Shown here: positions 20,850 through 30,256 of the stretch, one piece after another
Position numbering within the stretch: position 1 is the first letter of the stretch
Layout: the number at the start of each line of letters is the position of its first letter
IMG/VR virus record: IMGVR_UViG_3300045988_169095
Strand: one strand, 5' to 3'
DNA length: 64,000 nucleotides
Source: a virus
Notes under the pieces: generated by a model
What the model was told of the DNA's origin: nothing
Seen by the model: the letters and a program-made list of their open reading frames with translations, nothing else
The model's database searches: none
Made by a program: the position numbers and the translations under genes

Positions 20850-21086
20850 ATGTACTCAATTTATTACAAAGGAAAGGAATATGAAGTCTCAGAGAAGCTA
20901 TTCCTTAATATATGTTTATGTATGCTTCAATTTGAGCAAGCGTCTATCGTTGATAAGCCTAACCTTATCGAAGCTTTCCAAGAAAGATGTGTTCCTGAGA
21001 TTCTTAAATCTCCTGATTTTGATTACTCAAGATTAGAAGATGAGAGTCTTGAAGGTGTAATTGATACAACCCCAATTTGCGAATGA
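20850..21086 (+). CDS. Small hypothetical protein.
   Basis: 78-aa ORF. Confidence 0.3.
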   Translation: MYSIYYKGKEYEVSEKLFLNICLCMLQFEQASIVDKPNLIEAFQERCVPEILKSPDFDYSRLEDESLEGVIDTTPICE

Positions 21087-21089
21087 AAA

Positions 21090-21960
21090 TCAAGTTCAAT
21101 AACAACAAGAAATACTGGTATAAACCAGGGAAAATTTAACAAGGGGCTATATTACCGTATCCAAACCAGAGCCCTTGAGGCGAAAAGGAGCCATGGATTT
21201 TACCATAAGAGAGCTTCAGGCCAACAGTCCACGATATAATGTCTAGAGCGCTGTTAGGGATACACTAATTAGAGAGGAAGGTCAGACTGGTGTATAGTCG
21301 CATATAGAGTATGGCACAGGCAAGAGATCTGAATAATAGCCCATTACTAGCACACTCTAATTTTAAAATTAGAAACTTTTGTACTAAGTATAATTGTACT
21401 CAAAAATTATTATAGGGACATTCCTTGGGAGGATAATTATTTGACAGAGGAAGTAATAAAGTTTCTATTTATAGGCTTTCAGGCTTAAGTAAAAGACCAA
21501 GTGAATCTGTTTAATATCACTAATATCTTAGATATTCTTAAAGGTAATCTTTAGTGGCCGCTGGCCCTCCGTGAGTACAGGCTGTGTTTGAAAAGAGGAA
21601 GTATAAGAATAGGCAGATACTTGCATACTTGAGAGTCATTACATCTCCTCAATGACTTGGTAAGAGAGGAGATTTTTGCATAATTATATCTCGCGGAAAT
21701 GATAAGAGTACGGATGTTTACCTGTTCTCTGATATGATTATGTTTAGACTATAGGAGTTTGATCGCTCCTATAGTCACCGTTTGCTTCAGAGGCTTAAGT
21801 CATACTAAGTAAATCTTGCCTGAATCTAATAAGCTGGAGTTCGAACCTATTCAATGACTTAGTAAAGAGAATAGGATTTTTATATAGTATATGAAAGAAA
21901 TCAAAGAATATCAAATATTAGGGATAGGATTTTTAGCGATAGCTATCCTTGCAGGGTTAA
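21090..21960 (+). ncRNA. ORF-free, repeat and hairpin-rich region of about 870 nt. Candidate structured ncRNA or regulatory region.
   Basis: 9-bp hairpin CTATAGGAG-TTTGATCG-CTCCTATAG at 21749-21774. Direct repeats TCAATGACTTrGTAAaGAGA at about 21649 and 21846, each embedded in inverted repeats. Confidence 0.3.
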
Positions 21961-21988
21961 TCCTAATTCTTATGTAGTTTTTATTTTA

Positions 21989-22061
21989 GGGCCTATAGTT
22001 AAAAGGTTTATAACGCACGACTCATAATCCTGTATTCCTGGTTCGAGTCCAGGTAGGCCCA
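21989..22061 (+). tRNA. tRNA-Met/Ile2(CAT).
   Basis: Acceptor GGGCCTA/TAGGCCC. Anticodon loop CTCATAA. Confidence 0.55.
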
Positions 22062-22080
22062 CTAATTTAAGATATAAGCA

Positions 22081-22374
22081 ATGAATGTAGATAAAGAACA
22101 TATTATAAGTTATTTCCAAGATATTATTCATATATGTGAGAAGACGACAACTGGAAATGTTTCTCATCAAATGAGTAATATTAGGATTACTTATAGTTAT
22201 ATTGCTGATAAAGTAAAGGAGCAATATGGAGAGAACATAGCATATAATAATCTTATGCACGTTGTAGAGCTAGCTTCTGGAGCCACAACTGGTAACATTA
22301 CTCATAAAGTTGCAACTATAAAGGGTTTATGCCGAAGATGTATTGATTTTATTAATGAATACGGATTAGAATAA
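22081..22374 (+). CDS. Hypothetical protein.
   Basis: 97-aa ORF. Confidence 0.4.
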   Translation: MNVDKEHIISYFQDIIHICEKTTTGNVSHQMSNIRITYSYIADKVKEQYGENIAYNNLMHVVELASGATTGNITHKVATIKGLCRRCIDFINEYGLE

Positions 22375-22376
22375 TC

Positions 22377-22634
22377 ATGGGATTTTTAATTTGGATAGTG
22401 GCAGGTTCAACAATTCTATATATTTTAACGGTAGATGATTGTGAAGATTTTTTCAGTAAAGTTTTTGTATCTATAATATATTTTAGTATTTTTGTAGCAA
22501 TAGTTCTCTTTGTTAAGAGTGATGTAGTGTGTAATATACACATGGAAGCTTATGAAAAGGGGAAGCTTGAGAAAGTATATACTATAAGAGATTCTGATAC
22601 AACATATAAATGGACCTACCGTGAGAAGAATTAG
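22377..22634 (+). CDS. Small membrane protein.
   Basis: 85-aa ORF. Confidence 0.35.
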   Translation: MGFLIWIVAGSTILYILTVDDCEDFFSKVFVSIIYFSIFVAIVLFVKSDVVCNIHMEAYEKGKLEKVYTIRDSDTTYKWTYREKN

Positions 22635-22980
22635 TTTTGAAACAGCTAAATTAGCTGCTGAGAAAGGGTATTATGAAGACTGTGATTCTGTTTATGACAT
22701 TTATGGAAATATTATAGATATAGACAACTATGGTTTAGGTATTATTCCTGAATATTGTTGTCCAGCTCCATATCAGGCGGAGTTACAAGAGTGGCTGAGA
22801 AACGAGCATGGAGTAAGTGTATTAGTCTATTTAGATGAAACACTATCATATATATGGACTATTACTTGTTTGCATCCTAGAGCCTCAATCATGGAATATC
22901 ATCAGTCTAATGAGGTATGGTGTGGACATTATGAGGATTGCTTAGAAGCAGGCTTACAGGCAGCTTTAAGATTAATGTAA
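22621..22980 (+). CDS. Hypothetical protein. Member of a three-gene paralog family with the C-terminal motif ECLEAG..AL.L.
   Basis: 119 aa. Shares its C-terminal motif with the genes at 45421-45708 and 45666-45926. Confidence 0.4.
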   Translation: MRRISFETAKLAAEKGYYEDCDSVYDIYGNIIDIDNYGLGIIPEYCCPAPYQAELQEWLRNEHGVSVLVYLDETLSYIWTITCLHPRASIMEYHQSNEVWCGHYEDCLEAGLQAALRLM

Positions 22981-22987
22981 TATGAAT

Positions 22988-23074
22988 GCCGCGATGGTGA
23001 AATTTGGTAAACACGTTGGACTTAAAATCCAATGACCCGAAGGGGTTTTGCGGGTCCGAGTCCCGCTCGCGGTA
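22988..23074 (+). tRNA. tRNA-Leu(TAA), type II.
   Basis: Anticodon stem TTGGA/TCCAA with loop CTTAAAA. Long variable arm. T-arm GCGGGTCCGAGTCCCGC. Confidence 0.55.
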
Positions 23075-23523
23075 CAGCAGTTATTTGATTACGCAACTAG
23101 GACAATAACAGCTTATGCACGAATGCGTCGTGACGATAGGCAGGTGATAGTGAGGAAGACTACCGTAGGAAATGACGGGGCAGACTGTAAAGTTCTATCC
23201 AGATACTTACCTCCAGCAGTGGCTAAAAGAGTATCATTTTTATTGAAATATTTTAATATATGGAAATTGTAAATATTATAGCAGCTTGTATAGTTGCTTA
23301 CTTTCTTCAACTTGGTATGGGTGCTGTATTGGGAACTAATCAAAATAAGTGGCTAAAGATTGGTTTTATTATTCCTGGTATTGGCCTCCTTGTACAGCTC
23401 GTATATTTATTTTATTGCGTGTTCTATATAATGTTTGATGAGGAGTAAGGCAATAAGGTGACATACAGCAATCTTTTTAAATTATTGCATTTGGGTAAAT
23501 ATGAACGTCACCTACCATTGATA

Positions 23524-23595
23524 GGAGTATGGCGCAATTGGTTAGCGCACCTCCCTGATACGGAGGGGGTTTCTGGTTCGAATCCAGATACTCCT
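23524..23595 (+). tRNA. tRNA-Ile(GAT).
   Basis: Acceptor GGAGTAT/ATACTCC. Anticodon stem CCTCC/GGAGG with loop CTGATAC. Confidence 0.55.
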
Positions 23596-23610
23596 ACTAA
23601 TTACTTTTAT

Positions 23611-24051
23611 ATGTATAAAATCTTACTTTGTTTACTTTTAGTATTTACTACTAATTATGGATATTCCCAATTAAAGTATAATCAAATAGATATCGAAATC
23701 GGGTTAAGTAGTAGTATTGATGAGCCACATATAAACATGTTATATGTTGGGGGAACTATTTATAATGCATATTTAGAGTTTCAAACCAATGCATTCACAA
23801 AAGGAATGGGATATAATAACATTATAGATATGAAAGCTATAAATGTTGGAGCTGCCTTCCCTATGTATCAAACTAATAAATTTTCATATATTATAACTCC
23901 TAAAATTGGTATATGGACTACTAATCCAAATACATATTTTTGTGGAGGATTGAATTTCAGTGTAGTATATAAGTTTATACGAATGTCTTTGCTTACAACA
24001 TTTGTAAGAAGTGAGCAATTTATAGGAATTGGCTTAGGAGTTTCATTATAA
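23611..24051 (+). CDS. Secreted or outer-membrane-like protein with a signal peptide.
   Basis: ATG at 23611, downstream of the tRNA. N-terminus MYKILLCLLLVF. Confidence 0.4.
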   Translation: MYKILLCLLLVFTTNYGYSQLKYNQIDIEIGLSSSIDEPHINMLYVGGTIYNAYLEFQTNAFTKGMGYNNIIDMKAINVGAAFPMYQTNKFSYIITPKIGIWTTNPNTYFCGGLNFSVVYKFIRMSLLTTFVRSEQFIGIGLGVSL

Positions 24052-24058
24052 GTCCAAT

Positions 24059-24133
24059 TGGGGTGTGGTGTAGTGGCGGCACGTTGGATTTTGATTCCAA
24101 AAGCATCCGTAGGTTCGATTCCTACCACCCCAA
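24059..24133 (+). tRNA. tRNA-Gln(TTG).
   Basis: Acceptor TGGGGTG/CACCCCA. Anticodon stem TTGGA/TCCAA with loop TTTTGAT. Confidence 0.55.
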
Positions 24134-24342
24134 CAATAATTAAAACAACAGTTATGATTTGGTATATTATTTTAGTAATTTTTATCATCTATCTTTTGGT
24201 AGTTTCAGGAATTATGTTTTTCTTTGCAACTAAGTTCGGATTGGTAAATACTATTGTTCAATGGGAAAAGAAAGATACTTTTTATATCTTTTGCCCCATT
24301 GTGCATTTATTTACATTGTACTATTTCTGGACTCTCAAATAG

Positions 24343-24416
24343 GACGCCTTGCCTGAATTGGTTAAAGGAGCTGCCTGCAAAGCAGTTTTGTGTGGGTTCG
24401 AGTCCTACAGGCGTCT
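24343..24416 (+). tRNA. tRNA-Cys(GCA).
   Basis: Acceptor GACGCCT/AGGCGTC. Anticodon loop CTGCAAA. Confidence 0.5.
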
Positions 24417-24425
24417 CAATACATT

Positions 24426-24498
24426 GCGAGGTAGACTGGAGATGGTCCCAGCTCGGTCTCATAAGCCGATCTACATGAGTTCGAATCTCATCCTCGCT
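24426..24498 (+). tRNA. tRNA-Met/Ile2(CAT), second copy.
   Basis: Anticodon stem TCGGT/GCCGA with loop CTCATAA. T-arm ATGAGTTCGAATCTCAT. Confidence 0.5.
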
Positions 24499-24586
24499 AC
24501 ATCTGTTATTTTTATAAGGTATCAAACAGCAAACCTTTTACAATCAAATAACTTTTAATCATTAAATGATGTAGGGATACCTTTCT

Positions 24587-24660
24587 GGAACATATGGTGT
24601 AATTGGCTAACATATCGCCCTGTCACGGCGAAGTTCGGGGTTCGAATCCCCTATGTTCCG
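24587..24660 (+). tRNA. tRNA-Asp(GTC).
   Basis: Acceptor GGAACAT/ATGTTCC. Anticodon stem TCGCC/GGCGA with loop CTGTCAC. Confidence 0.55.
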
Positions 24661-24674
24661 CAAAATTATGATTT

Positions 24675-25061
24675 ATGGATGTAAAATGGTTATCTGATAA
24701 GTCTTTTGTAGTTAAGGGTACTACATATACTGTACAGGTTCCTGTTACTTTAGAGGAGGCTTTGGAAGAGGCGCAAACTGCACTTTCCGAGATAAAAAAG
24801 AAAAAGGAGTATTATAAAGATTTATTGGAAAAACTAAATTTCTCTGATTCTTTTTTGAATAAAGCTCCTATCAAAGTAATAGTAGATAAAATTAAAATTG
24901 AGGAAGATACATATAAAATGTTATTCTTTCTTAATGAAGAAGAACATAAATATACCTTGCATTTAAAAATCATTTTAAGAGTACTTGATTTTGTTAACCT
25001 AGCATATCAGGAACTTGACTATAAAATGAGGTATAAATTAATTCCTGAAGATTTAGACTAA
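24675..25061 (+). CDS. Hypothetical protein.
   Basis: 128-aa ORF. Confidence 0.4.
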   Translation: MDVKWLSDKSFVVKGTTYTVQVPVTLEEALEEAQTALSEIKKKKEYYKDLLEKLNFSDSFLNKAPIKVIVDKIKIEEDTYKMLFFLNEEEHKYTLHLKIILRVLDFVNLAYQELDYKMRYKLIPEDLD

Positions 25062-25129
25062 ATGATAGGTGCTGATCCTTTATAAATGTGAAAGGCTCTC
25101 AAGATATATCTAAATAATAGGAATGATTC

Positions 25130-25218
25130 GGAGGGTTGTCAGAGTTGGTTTATTGTGTCACTCTTGAAAAGTGATGTACGTGATGAGCGTACCAGGGGTT
25201 CGAATCCCTTACCCTCCG
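25130..25218 (+). tRNA. tRNA-Ser(TGA), type II.
   Basis: Acceptor GGAGGGT/ACCCTCC. Anticodon stem TCACT/AGTGA with loop CTTGAAA. Long variable arm. Confidence 0.55.
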
Positions 25219-25290
25219 CGCGGTAGTAGTTCTTTGTGAAATTCTCTGCGGTATACAGTTAGTGGAAGCATAAAAGAATTTCACTTTAAG

Positions 25291-25361
25291 CACCTTTGGT
25301 GTAATTGGTAACACGATGGTCTCCAAAACCATAGTTTAGAGTTCAAGTCTTTAAGGGTGTG
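25291..25361 (+). tRNA. tRNA-Trp(CCA).
   Basis: Anticodon stem ATGGT/ACCAT with loop CTCCAAA. G73. Acceptor has G1.U72. Confidence 0.55.
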
Positions 25362-25419
25362 CATAGTTTTATTATTATTTATTACAAAGTCTCTTCAGCA
25401 AAATTTATAGCATGGGGGC

Positions 25420-25490
25420 ACTATGGTCACAGGTTCAATTCCTGTTTAATAGAAAAGTTCTATTAATAGCTCAGTTGGTAGAGCGATAGT
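25420..25490 (+). tRNA. Candidate circularly permuted tRNA. The 3' half (anticodon stem 3' strand ACTAT, variable loop, T-arm ACAGG-TTCAATT-CCTGT, acceptor 3' strand TTAATAG) at 25420-25452 precedes the 5' half (acceptor CTATTAA, D-arm TAGCTCAGTTGGTAGAGC, anticodon stem 5' strand ATAGT) at 25460-25490.
   Basis: The two halves are perfectly complementary in the 7-nt acceptor and the 5-nt anticodon-stem strands. No T-arm lies downstream of the 5' half. Confidence 0.45.
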
Positions 25491-25512
25491 TAATATAATA
25501 GAGACTTTTTAT

Positions 25513-25588
25513 CAGAGTGTAGCCCAGCTAGGTCTAAGGCGCGTGCTTTGGGAGCACGAATTCGCAGGTTCGAATCCTGTCACTCTGA
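25513..25588 (+). tRNA. tRNA-Pro(TGG).
   Basis: Acceptor CAGAGTG/CACTCTG. Anticodon stem CGTGC/GCACG with loop TTTGGGA. Confidence 0.55.
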
Positions 25589-25603
25589 CTATAATTCAAA
25601 ATT

Positions 25604-26179
25604 ATGAATAAAATTGACAAATATTTAAGAAGGTTTGCATACAAAATTGAAACCTCTGAGACAAAGGAATCTAGGTATTATACTATTGGGGATTTAATCG
25701 TTAGAGTATCTAATCATATTGGGAAAAATTCTTCTGGGAATATATCAATAATTATTGACAGAAATAATTATATACTTTATGTTCCATCAACTAATAAAGT
25801 AAGTCTTATTTCTTATGAGGAGTGTAAAACTTTAATCAGAGGTATTGTATTACATGCTTCTTTATTTTTGGTTGGAGATTCTACATATCAAAAAAGTCTT
25901 GTTAAGGAGAATGAAGAGTTAAAACTTCAGATTAGTAATTTAAAGCAGAAAATAAATATTCAGGAAAGACAATTAATTCCGAAGAAAAAACCAAATGATA
26001 CGTCTATCAAAGTAATTCGAGCTATTTTAATAAATTTAGAAAAGTGCAAAAAGAAAAAAATTAAAGTTAAGTATGGCTCTTGTGAATTTCAAACGTTACC
26101 TGACAGTACGATTTATGAAATTTGGAAAGATCCAGAAATTCGAAAATATGTTAAAGAACTTAAAATTAATTTAATATGA
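25604..26179 (+). CDS. Hypothetical protein.
   Basis: 191-aa ORF. Confidence 0.45.
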   Translation: MNKIDKYLRRFAYKIETSETKESRYYTIGDLIVRVSNHIGKNSSGNISIIIDRNNYILYVPSTNKVSLISYEECKTLIRGIVLHASLFLVGDSTYQKSLVKENEELKLQISNLKQKINIQERQLIPKKKPNDTSIKVIRAILINLEKCKKKKIKVKYGSCEFQTLPDSTIYEIWKDPEIRKYVKELKINLI

Positions 26180-26961
26180 AATTAAATGTATTACTCGCAA
26201 AACTGGAGCAGGGTGCTTCCCAGTTTAAAGCTCTCCTTCGAGATTATACAACCTTCTTTAAGAAGGAGTCAGACAACTTTCGAGGTGTTAAAAATACCTA
26301 CGAACCTCGTCCTGACACTGTAGATCTTCCCAGTGAACGTAAACTCATTGCGGTTGTAACAACAGTTGATGAGAAATTCGATTATTTCACTGATATGGTA
26401 AAAAACTATATCAGGGAGATGTTCAATTGTGAAGCAACTAATGCATCGGGAACTGCTCGTGCAGATCTGGTTGTGGATGGTAATGTAATTGCTAATCTGA
26501 GCAGTCTGGAGCTTCTTAAGCTCAAGTCATTTCTGGAAAATCCTCAGCTTCAGGAGATGTTCCAGAACATTCCCGTTCGTAAAGATTCTGAGATCTGGGA
26601 ACCATGTACTGAAGAAATGTATGCAGGTCGAGCAATTATGCAGTCTCCCCTTCTGAAAGGTACTAAAAAGTCTATCACTAAGACTCAGTACATTTTGGAA
26701 GATCCGAATGTTCAGAAGCTCGGCAGTGCAACTCACTATCAGCCCCAAATTGCAGTAAAAGATACTGTGATGGAACTGGGTGATTATACCATGCAGCGTT
26801 TCTCTGGTGAGTGGACCCCTCGTCAGCGAGCATTAGCTCTTCAGCGTAGAAGTACTCTTCTGTCAGCAACTATTGCTGCACTGAAAGTAGCAAATGAGGT
26901 AGAAGCAGTAAAATCCAATCTGGATTCAGAATGGCTGCTGAACTATCTCCAAGGTAGGTAA
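26176..26961 (+). CDS. Hypothetical protein, GC-rich.
   Basis: 261-aa ORF. Confidence 0.45.
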   Translation: MKLNVLLAKLEQGASQFKALLRDYTTFFKKESDNFRGVKNTYEPRPDTVDLPSERKLIAVVTTVDEKFDYFTDMVKNYIREMFNCEATNASGTARADLVVDGNVIANLSSLELLKLKSFLENPQLQEMFQNIPVRKDSEIWEPCTEEMYAGRAIMQSPLLKGTKKSITKTQYILEDPNVQKLGSATHYQPQIAVKDTVMELGDYTMQRFSGEWTPRQRALALQRRSTLLSATIAALKVANEVEAVKSNLDSEWLLNYLQGR

Positions 26962-27127
26962 TAAAACAAACAAAATATTTGACGATAGACTTAGCTTCAG
27001 ACTTAGACTAAGTAGCAAAGAACTGTAATATCCTAGATAAATTACAAGGAGCTACATAAGATTTAGTGTCGCGTCAAAAGCTTTAGTCTCAAGTTAATAA
27101 GGATGTGCTAATTCACTAATAAAAAAA

Positions 27128-27211
27128 TCATAAGACTGGGGGTTCGAGTCCCCCATTCGCCGCTAATTAAATCACTATATGGCGAATTGGAGAAATGGTT
27201 AACTCGTATGA
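27128..27211 (+). tRNA. Candidate circularly permuted tRNA. The 3' half TCATA-AGACT-GGGGG-TTCGAGT-CCCCC-ATTCGCC-G at 27128-27162 precedes the 5' half GGCGAAT-TG-GAG..CTC-G-TATGA at 27181-27211.
   Basis: Acceptor 7/7 complementary (ATTCGCC vs GGCGAAT). Anticodon-stem strands TCATA/TATGA complementary. An 18-nt linker lies between the halves. Confidence 0.45.
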
Positions 27212-27296
27212 ATACAATAAATTAAAGTGAGTTAGATGCACATTATCGTACAATATTTAAGAATACTGTAATTCATCAATGAAGGGGAAGTAAGCG

Positions 27297-27401
27297 GGCC
27301 ATGCTTGCTTCTCCATTTTATGGCCCTGTAAGCAAAGTGGTAAAGCTGCTTATATATTCTAGGTTCATAAGTGTGTGGAGGTTCGAGTCCTTCCATGGCC
27401 A
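27297..27401 (+). tRNA. tRNA-like element with an unresolved intervening body. Acceptor strands GGCCATG/CATGGCC are about 93 nt apart. The 3' part TCATA-AGTGTGT-GGAGG-TTCGAGT-CCTTC resembles the 3' half at 27128.
   Basis: Canonical T-arm and acceptor pairing, but the D-arm and anticodon arm cannot be placed canonically. Possible intron or rearrangement. Confidence 0.3.
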
Positions 27402-27500
27402 CGTGGTTTCATATTTAATTTGTTTTTAAGAAGAGGTAACTTACAGCAAATTTAAGTATAATTCGTCTGTTAATTATTCATAGTTACCTAGTTTTAAGGA

Positions 27501-27597
27501 GCGGGTATGGCGCAATTGGTAGCGCAGAGCACTTTTAATGCTAAGGGAGCCGAAAGGCCGTTCAGGGTTCAAGTCCCTGTGCCCGCACTATTTTTGG
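27501..27597 (+). tRNA. Type II tRNA with a long variable arm closed by a GAAA tetraloop. Anticodon loop CTTTTAA (reads as TTT). Identity unresolved and atypical.
   Basis: Acceptor GCGGGTA/TGCCCGC. D-stem GCGC/GCGC. T-arm CAGGGTTCAAGTCCCTG. Confidence 0.45.
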
Positions 27598-27659
27598 ATA
27601 TATAAAATAAAGTTATTATCTTTGTAACACAAGGTTACTTCAGCAAGCTTCTTCTACTG

Positions 27660-27760
27660 AATTGTATTTTGTTGAACAGCGATCTGGGTTCGAGTCCCAG
27701 TTATAGGAAACTTCAGGGCTGAGAAGTACTATAGTCGTCTAATGGTAGGATGTAAATTAG
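27660..27760 (+). tRNA. tRNA half-elements in a non-canonical arrangement. A T-arm CTGGG-TTCGAGT-CCCAG plus 3' acceptor-like GTTATAG at about 27676-27698 is followed downstream by a D-arm-like segment ACTATAGTCGTCTAATGGTAGGA at about 27731-27755. Possibly a third permuted tRNA.
   Basis: CTATAGT (27732-38) can pair with GTTATAG (27691-97) only by allowing two G.U pairs. Weaker than the other two loci. Confidence 0.25.
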
Positions 27761-27779
27761 AGTAACCTAGCCCATTTTT

Positions 27780-27852
27780 GGGAGTATGGCGCAATGATTA
27801 ACGCAATCGGCTGTTAACCGATAGATTCCAGGTTTGAATCCTGGTGCTCCCG
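27780..27852 (+). tRNA. tRNA-Asn(GTT).
   Basis: Acceptor GGGAGTA/TGCTCCC. Anticodon stem ATCGG/CCGAT with loop CTGTTAA. Confidence 0.55.
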
Positions 27853-27870
27853 CTTAAAATTTTAACAAAA

Positions 27871-28329
27871 ATGATAAAGATTTATCTTGCAGGCCCTTTC
27901 TTTAATGAAAAAGAAAGAAATTACATAGAAATTGCAGCAAATATTTTACGTAATCAGGGATATGAAGTTATAGTTCCTATGGAGCATTTCATTGAAAATG
28001 GTGAGAAGCTAACTAATGAGGAATGGGCACGTAAAGTATTTGAATATGATGTAGAGCAAATCAGAAATGCAGATTGTATACTTGCAATTTATCATGGTCA
28101 TTACTCTGATAGTGGTACTGCATGGGAAATAGGCTTTGCATTTGCACATGATACAACTTGTATTGTTGCTCATGTTGATCCAAGTATTACAGCAAGTATA
28201 ATGCCTGTTACTGGATGCTACTACAATATTAAATTCTCAGATATTGGTAAGATAGATCTGAAGAATTTACTTGATAATGAAAGGCCTTCTTCCAGAGGAT
28301 TGAATGCTTGGATAGTAGAGCAGAAGTAA
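27871..28329 (+). CDS. Nucleoside 2-deoxyribosyltransferase.
   Basis: The IYLAGPFF motif and family-typical length. Confidence 0.6.
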   Translation: MIKIYLAGPFFNEKERNYIEIAANILRNQGYEVIVPMEHFIENGEKLTNEEWARKVFEYDVEQIRNADCILAIYHGHYSDSGTAWEIGFAFAHDTTCIVAHVDPSITASIMPVTGCYYNIKFSDIGKIDLKNLLDNERPSSRGLNAWIVEQK

Positions 28330-28543
28330 CACAACTAGGATTTGTAGTGAAATGTAAAGCCGAGAGTGCGGTATGGACATTGCAGGCTCTGATATGAAGG
28401 CACTCTAATCTATCAGTATTAGTCCAGAGATCAGAAATGATTCAAAGCGAAAATTTCATAGTTGTGTTTTTACAAGGTCTCTTACAGCAACCTTTATTTA
28501 GCAATAGACTTTTAATCTACGTAGCTTTATAGAGACCTTTTAT

Positions 28544-28615
28544 GAGGTATTGGTGTTAGTGATAGCATATGTGACTTCCAATCACAAGGGGAGAGTTTGA
28601 ATCTCTTATACCTCT
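28544..28615 (+). tRNA. tRNA-Gly(TCC).
   Basis: Acceptor GAGGTAT/ATACCTC. Anticodon stem TGTGA/TCACA with loop CTTCCAA. Confidence 0.55.
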
Positions 28616-28650
28616 CAATTGTAACTAATAATTATTAATAAACTAAATTA

Positions 28651-29385
28651 ATGAAACGTTTTAAAGAACTTTCAGATGATATAATCAGAACTGTGTGAAA
28701 TAACAGTAAAAGTTTGTTTGAAATTTGTAAAAAGTTAGAAATTCATGATAATATTTCTAATAGAAATAAATTAAAAGAATGGGCAGTTAAAAATAAAGTG
28801 GAGATTCCTGTTACTAACATACTTACAAAAGATAGTTATGAAAAGAATCCTAAACTATGTAAACAATGCGGAAGTGCAATTTCATGAAGTAAGAGAGCCA
28901 ATGACTTTTGTTCCCATTCATGCAGTGCTACATATATAAATTTAAAAAGAGGCGCTAAGTCAAGTGGTAAGTATGTTCGTGGTGCTACTTCTATCTGTGT
29001 AAATTGTGGAAATGTAGTACCTGCAAGAAATCAATATTGTAATCACAAATGCCAAGCTGAATATGCCTACAAGGAATTTATCAAACGCTGAAAAGAAGGT
29101 AAAGAATTAGGAATGGCAGGTGAAGATGGATTATCTGCACATATTCGACGATATTTATTAGAGAAGGCTAATTATACCTGTGAAATTCCAGGATGTGGAT
29201 GTAATTTTATTAATCCCTACACCAATTTATCTATCCTTCAGATACATCATATTGATGGAGATGCAACTAACAATAAAGAAGAAAATCTCCAGGTTTTGTG
29301 TCCAAATCATCATGCAATGACTGAACATTTTGGATCAAGGAATAAAAATAGTACTAGACGATATCGATACTCTAAAAATAAATAG
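28651..29385 (+). CDS. HNH homing endonuclease with an N-terminal zinc-ribbon region. 3 in-frame TGA=Trp codons.
   Basis: The C-terminal HNH domain matches track ORF 29113-29385. The frame from ATG 28651 is continuous through TGA codons (TVW, ISW, KRW). Confidence 0.55.
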
Positions 29386-29686
29386 TTTATAGGCTAGCTC
29401 AAAGCCTATTCGAACAAACTACCGAAGTACAAGGTAATGAGCACTCCCTAAATGTTAGGGTAAAGTCGATGCTGATAGACAATAAAGAAACAAGTTAGTT
29501 TCATTCAGCAATTTTAGCGGCGTAATAACTCTTAACATATAAATTGATCATTTGTATGGAGTTTCTGTGGCAATAAAAATCAGACGTGCAAACTACGATA
29601 GTGTTTGTTGGCTCCTTAGTTTATTTAGTAGAATATGGGCTTTGTAACCCCAAGAGGACGGGGCGGAACCGTCAGGAGCCTCAATA

Positions 29687-30256
29687 ATGAATACTATTGG
29701 AGAAGAAATTTTAAAATTGCGTCAAGAAGGATTTAATTACAATGAAATCGCCTCAAAAGTAAATTGTAGTAAAGCTACAGTAAGTTATTATTGTAGTCCT
29801 GGACAAAAAGAGAAGGTAAAGAAAAGACATGATAGATATCCAAGATTTCTTTGACTATTTATTAAAAGATGCGTAGGTTTTAAACAACCTCGTTGTTATA
29901 AAATAATTACCCCTAACCAAGATTGAAACAACTCGTTTCGAACTAGAGTTTCTCACTTTCGGTTAAGGAATAAAAATTTGTCTCAGGTGTTTGGGTATAA
30001 AGAAGCATTGGAACATATAGGAGGTTTGCAAACAAAATGTTACCTTACAGGTAGAGCAATTAACATTGAAAATTCTGAGGAATATGAACTTGACCATATT
30101 ATACCTGTTTCAAAGGGTGGTTCATGTGAGCTAACTAATATGGGAATTGCATGTGTTGCAGCTAATCAAGCTAAAAAAGATTTATCTGTAGAGGAGTTTA
30201 TACAGCTTTGTAAGGAAGTTTGCGAAAATTTTGGATATGAGGTTAAAAAGAAATAA
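29687..30256 (+). CDS. HNH endonuclease with an N-terminal HTH. 2 in-frame TGA=Trp codons. Paralog of the gene at 48454-49038.
   Basis: The HTH segment LKLRQEGFNYNEIASK and the C-terminal HNH domain (track ORF 29978-30256) share one frame across the TGA codons. Confidence 0.5.

Noticed and set aside
21970-22260. 96-aa minus-strand ORF.
   Set aside because: It overlaps tRNA-Met (21989-22061) and a plus-strand gene. Likely spurious.
25420-27211. Explaining the permuted tRNA loci as two ordinary adjacent tRNAs or tandem-duplication debris.
   Set aside because: Neither half has its own partner in the normal position (no T-arm after the 5' halves, no 5' acceptor strand before the 3' halves). The partners that are present match perfectly in two stems at two independent loci. 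Debris remains possible but is less parsimonious.
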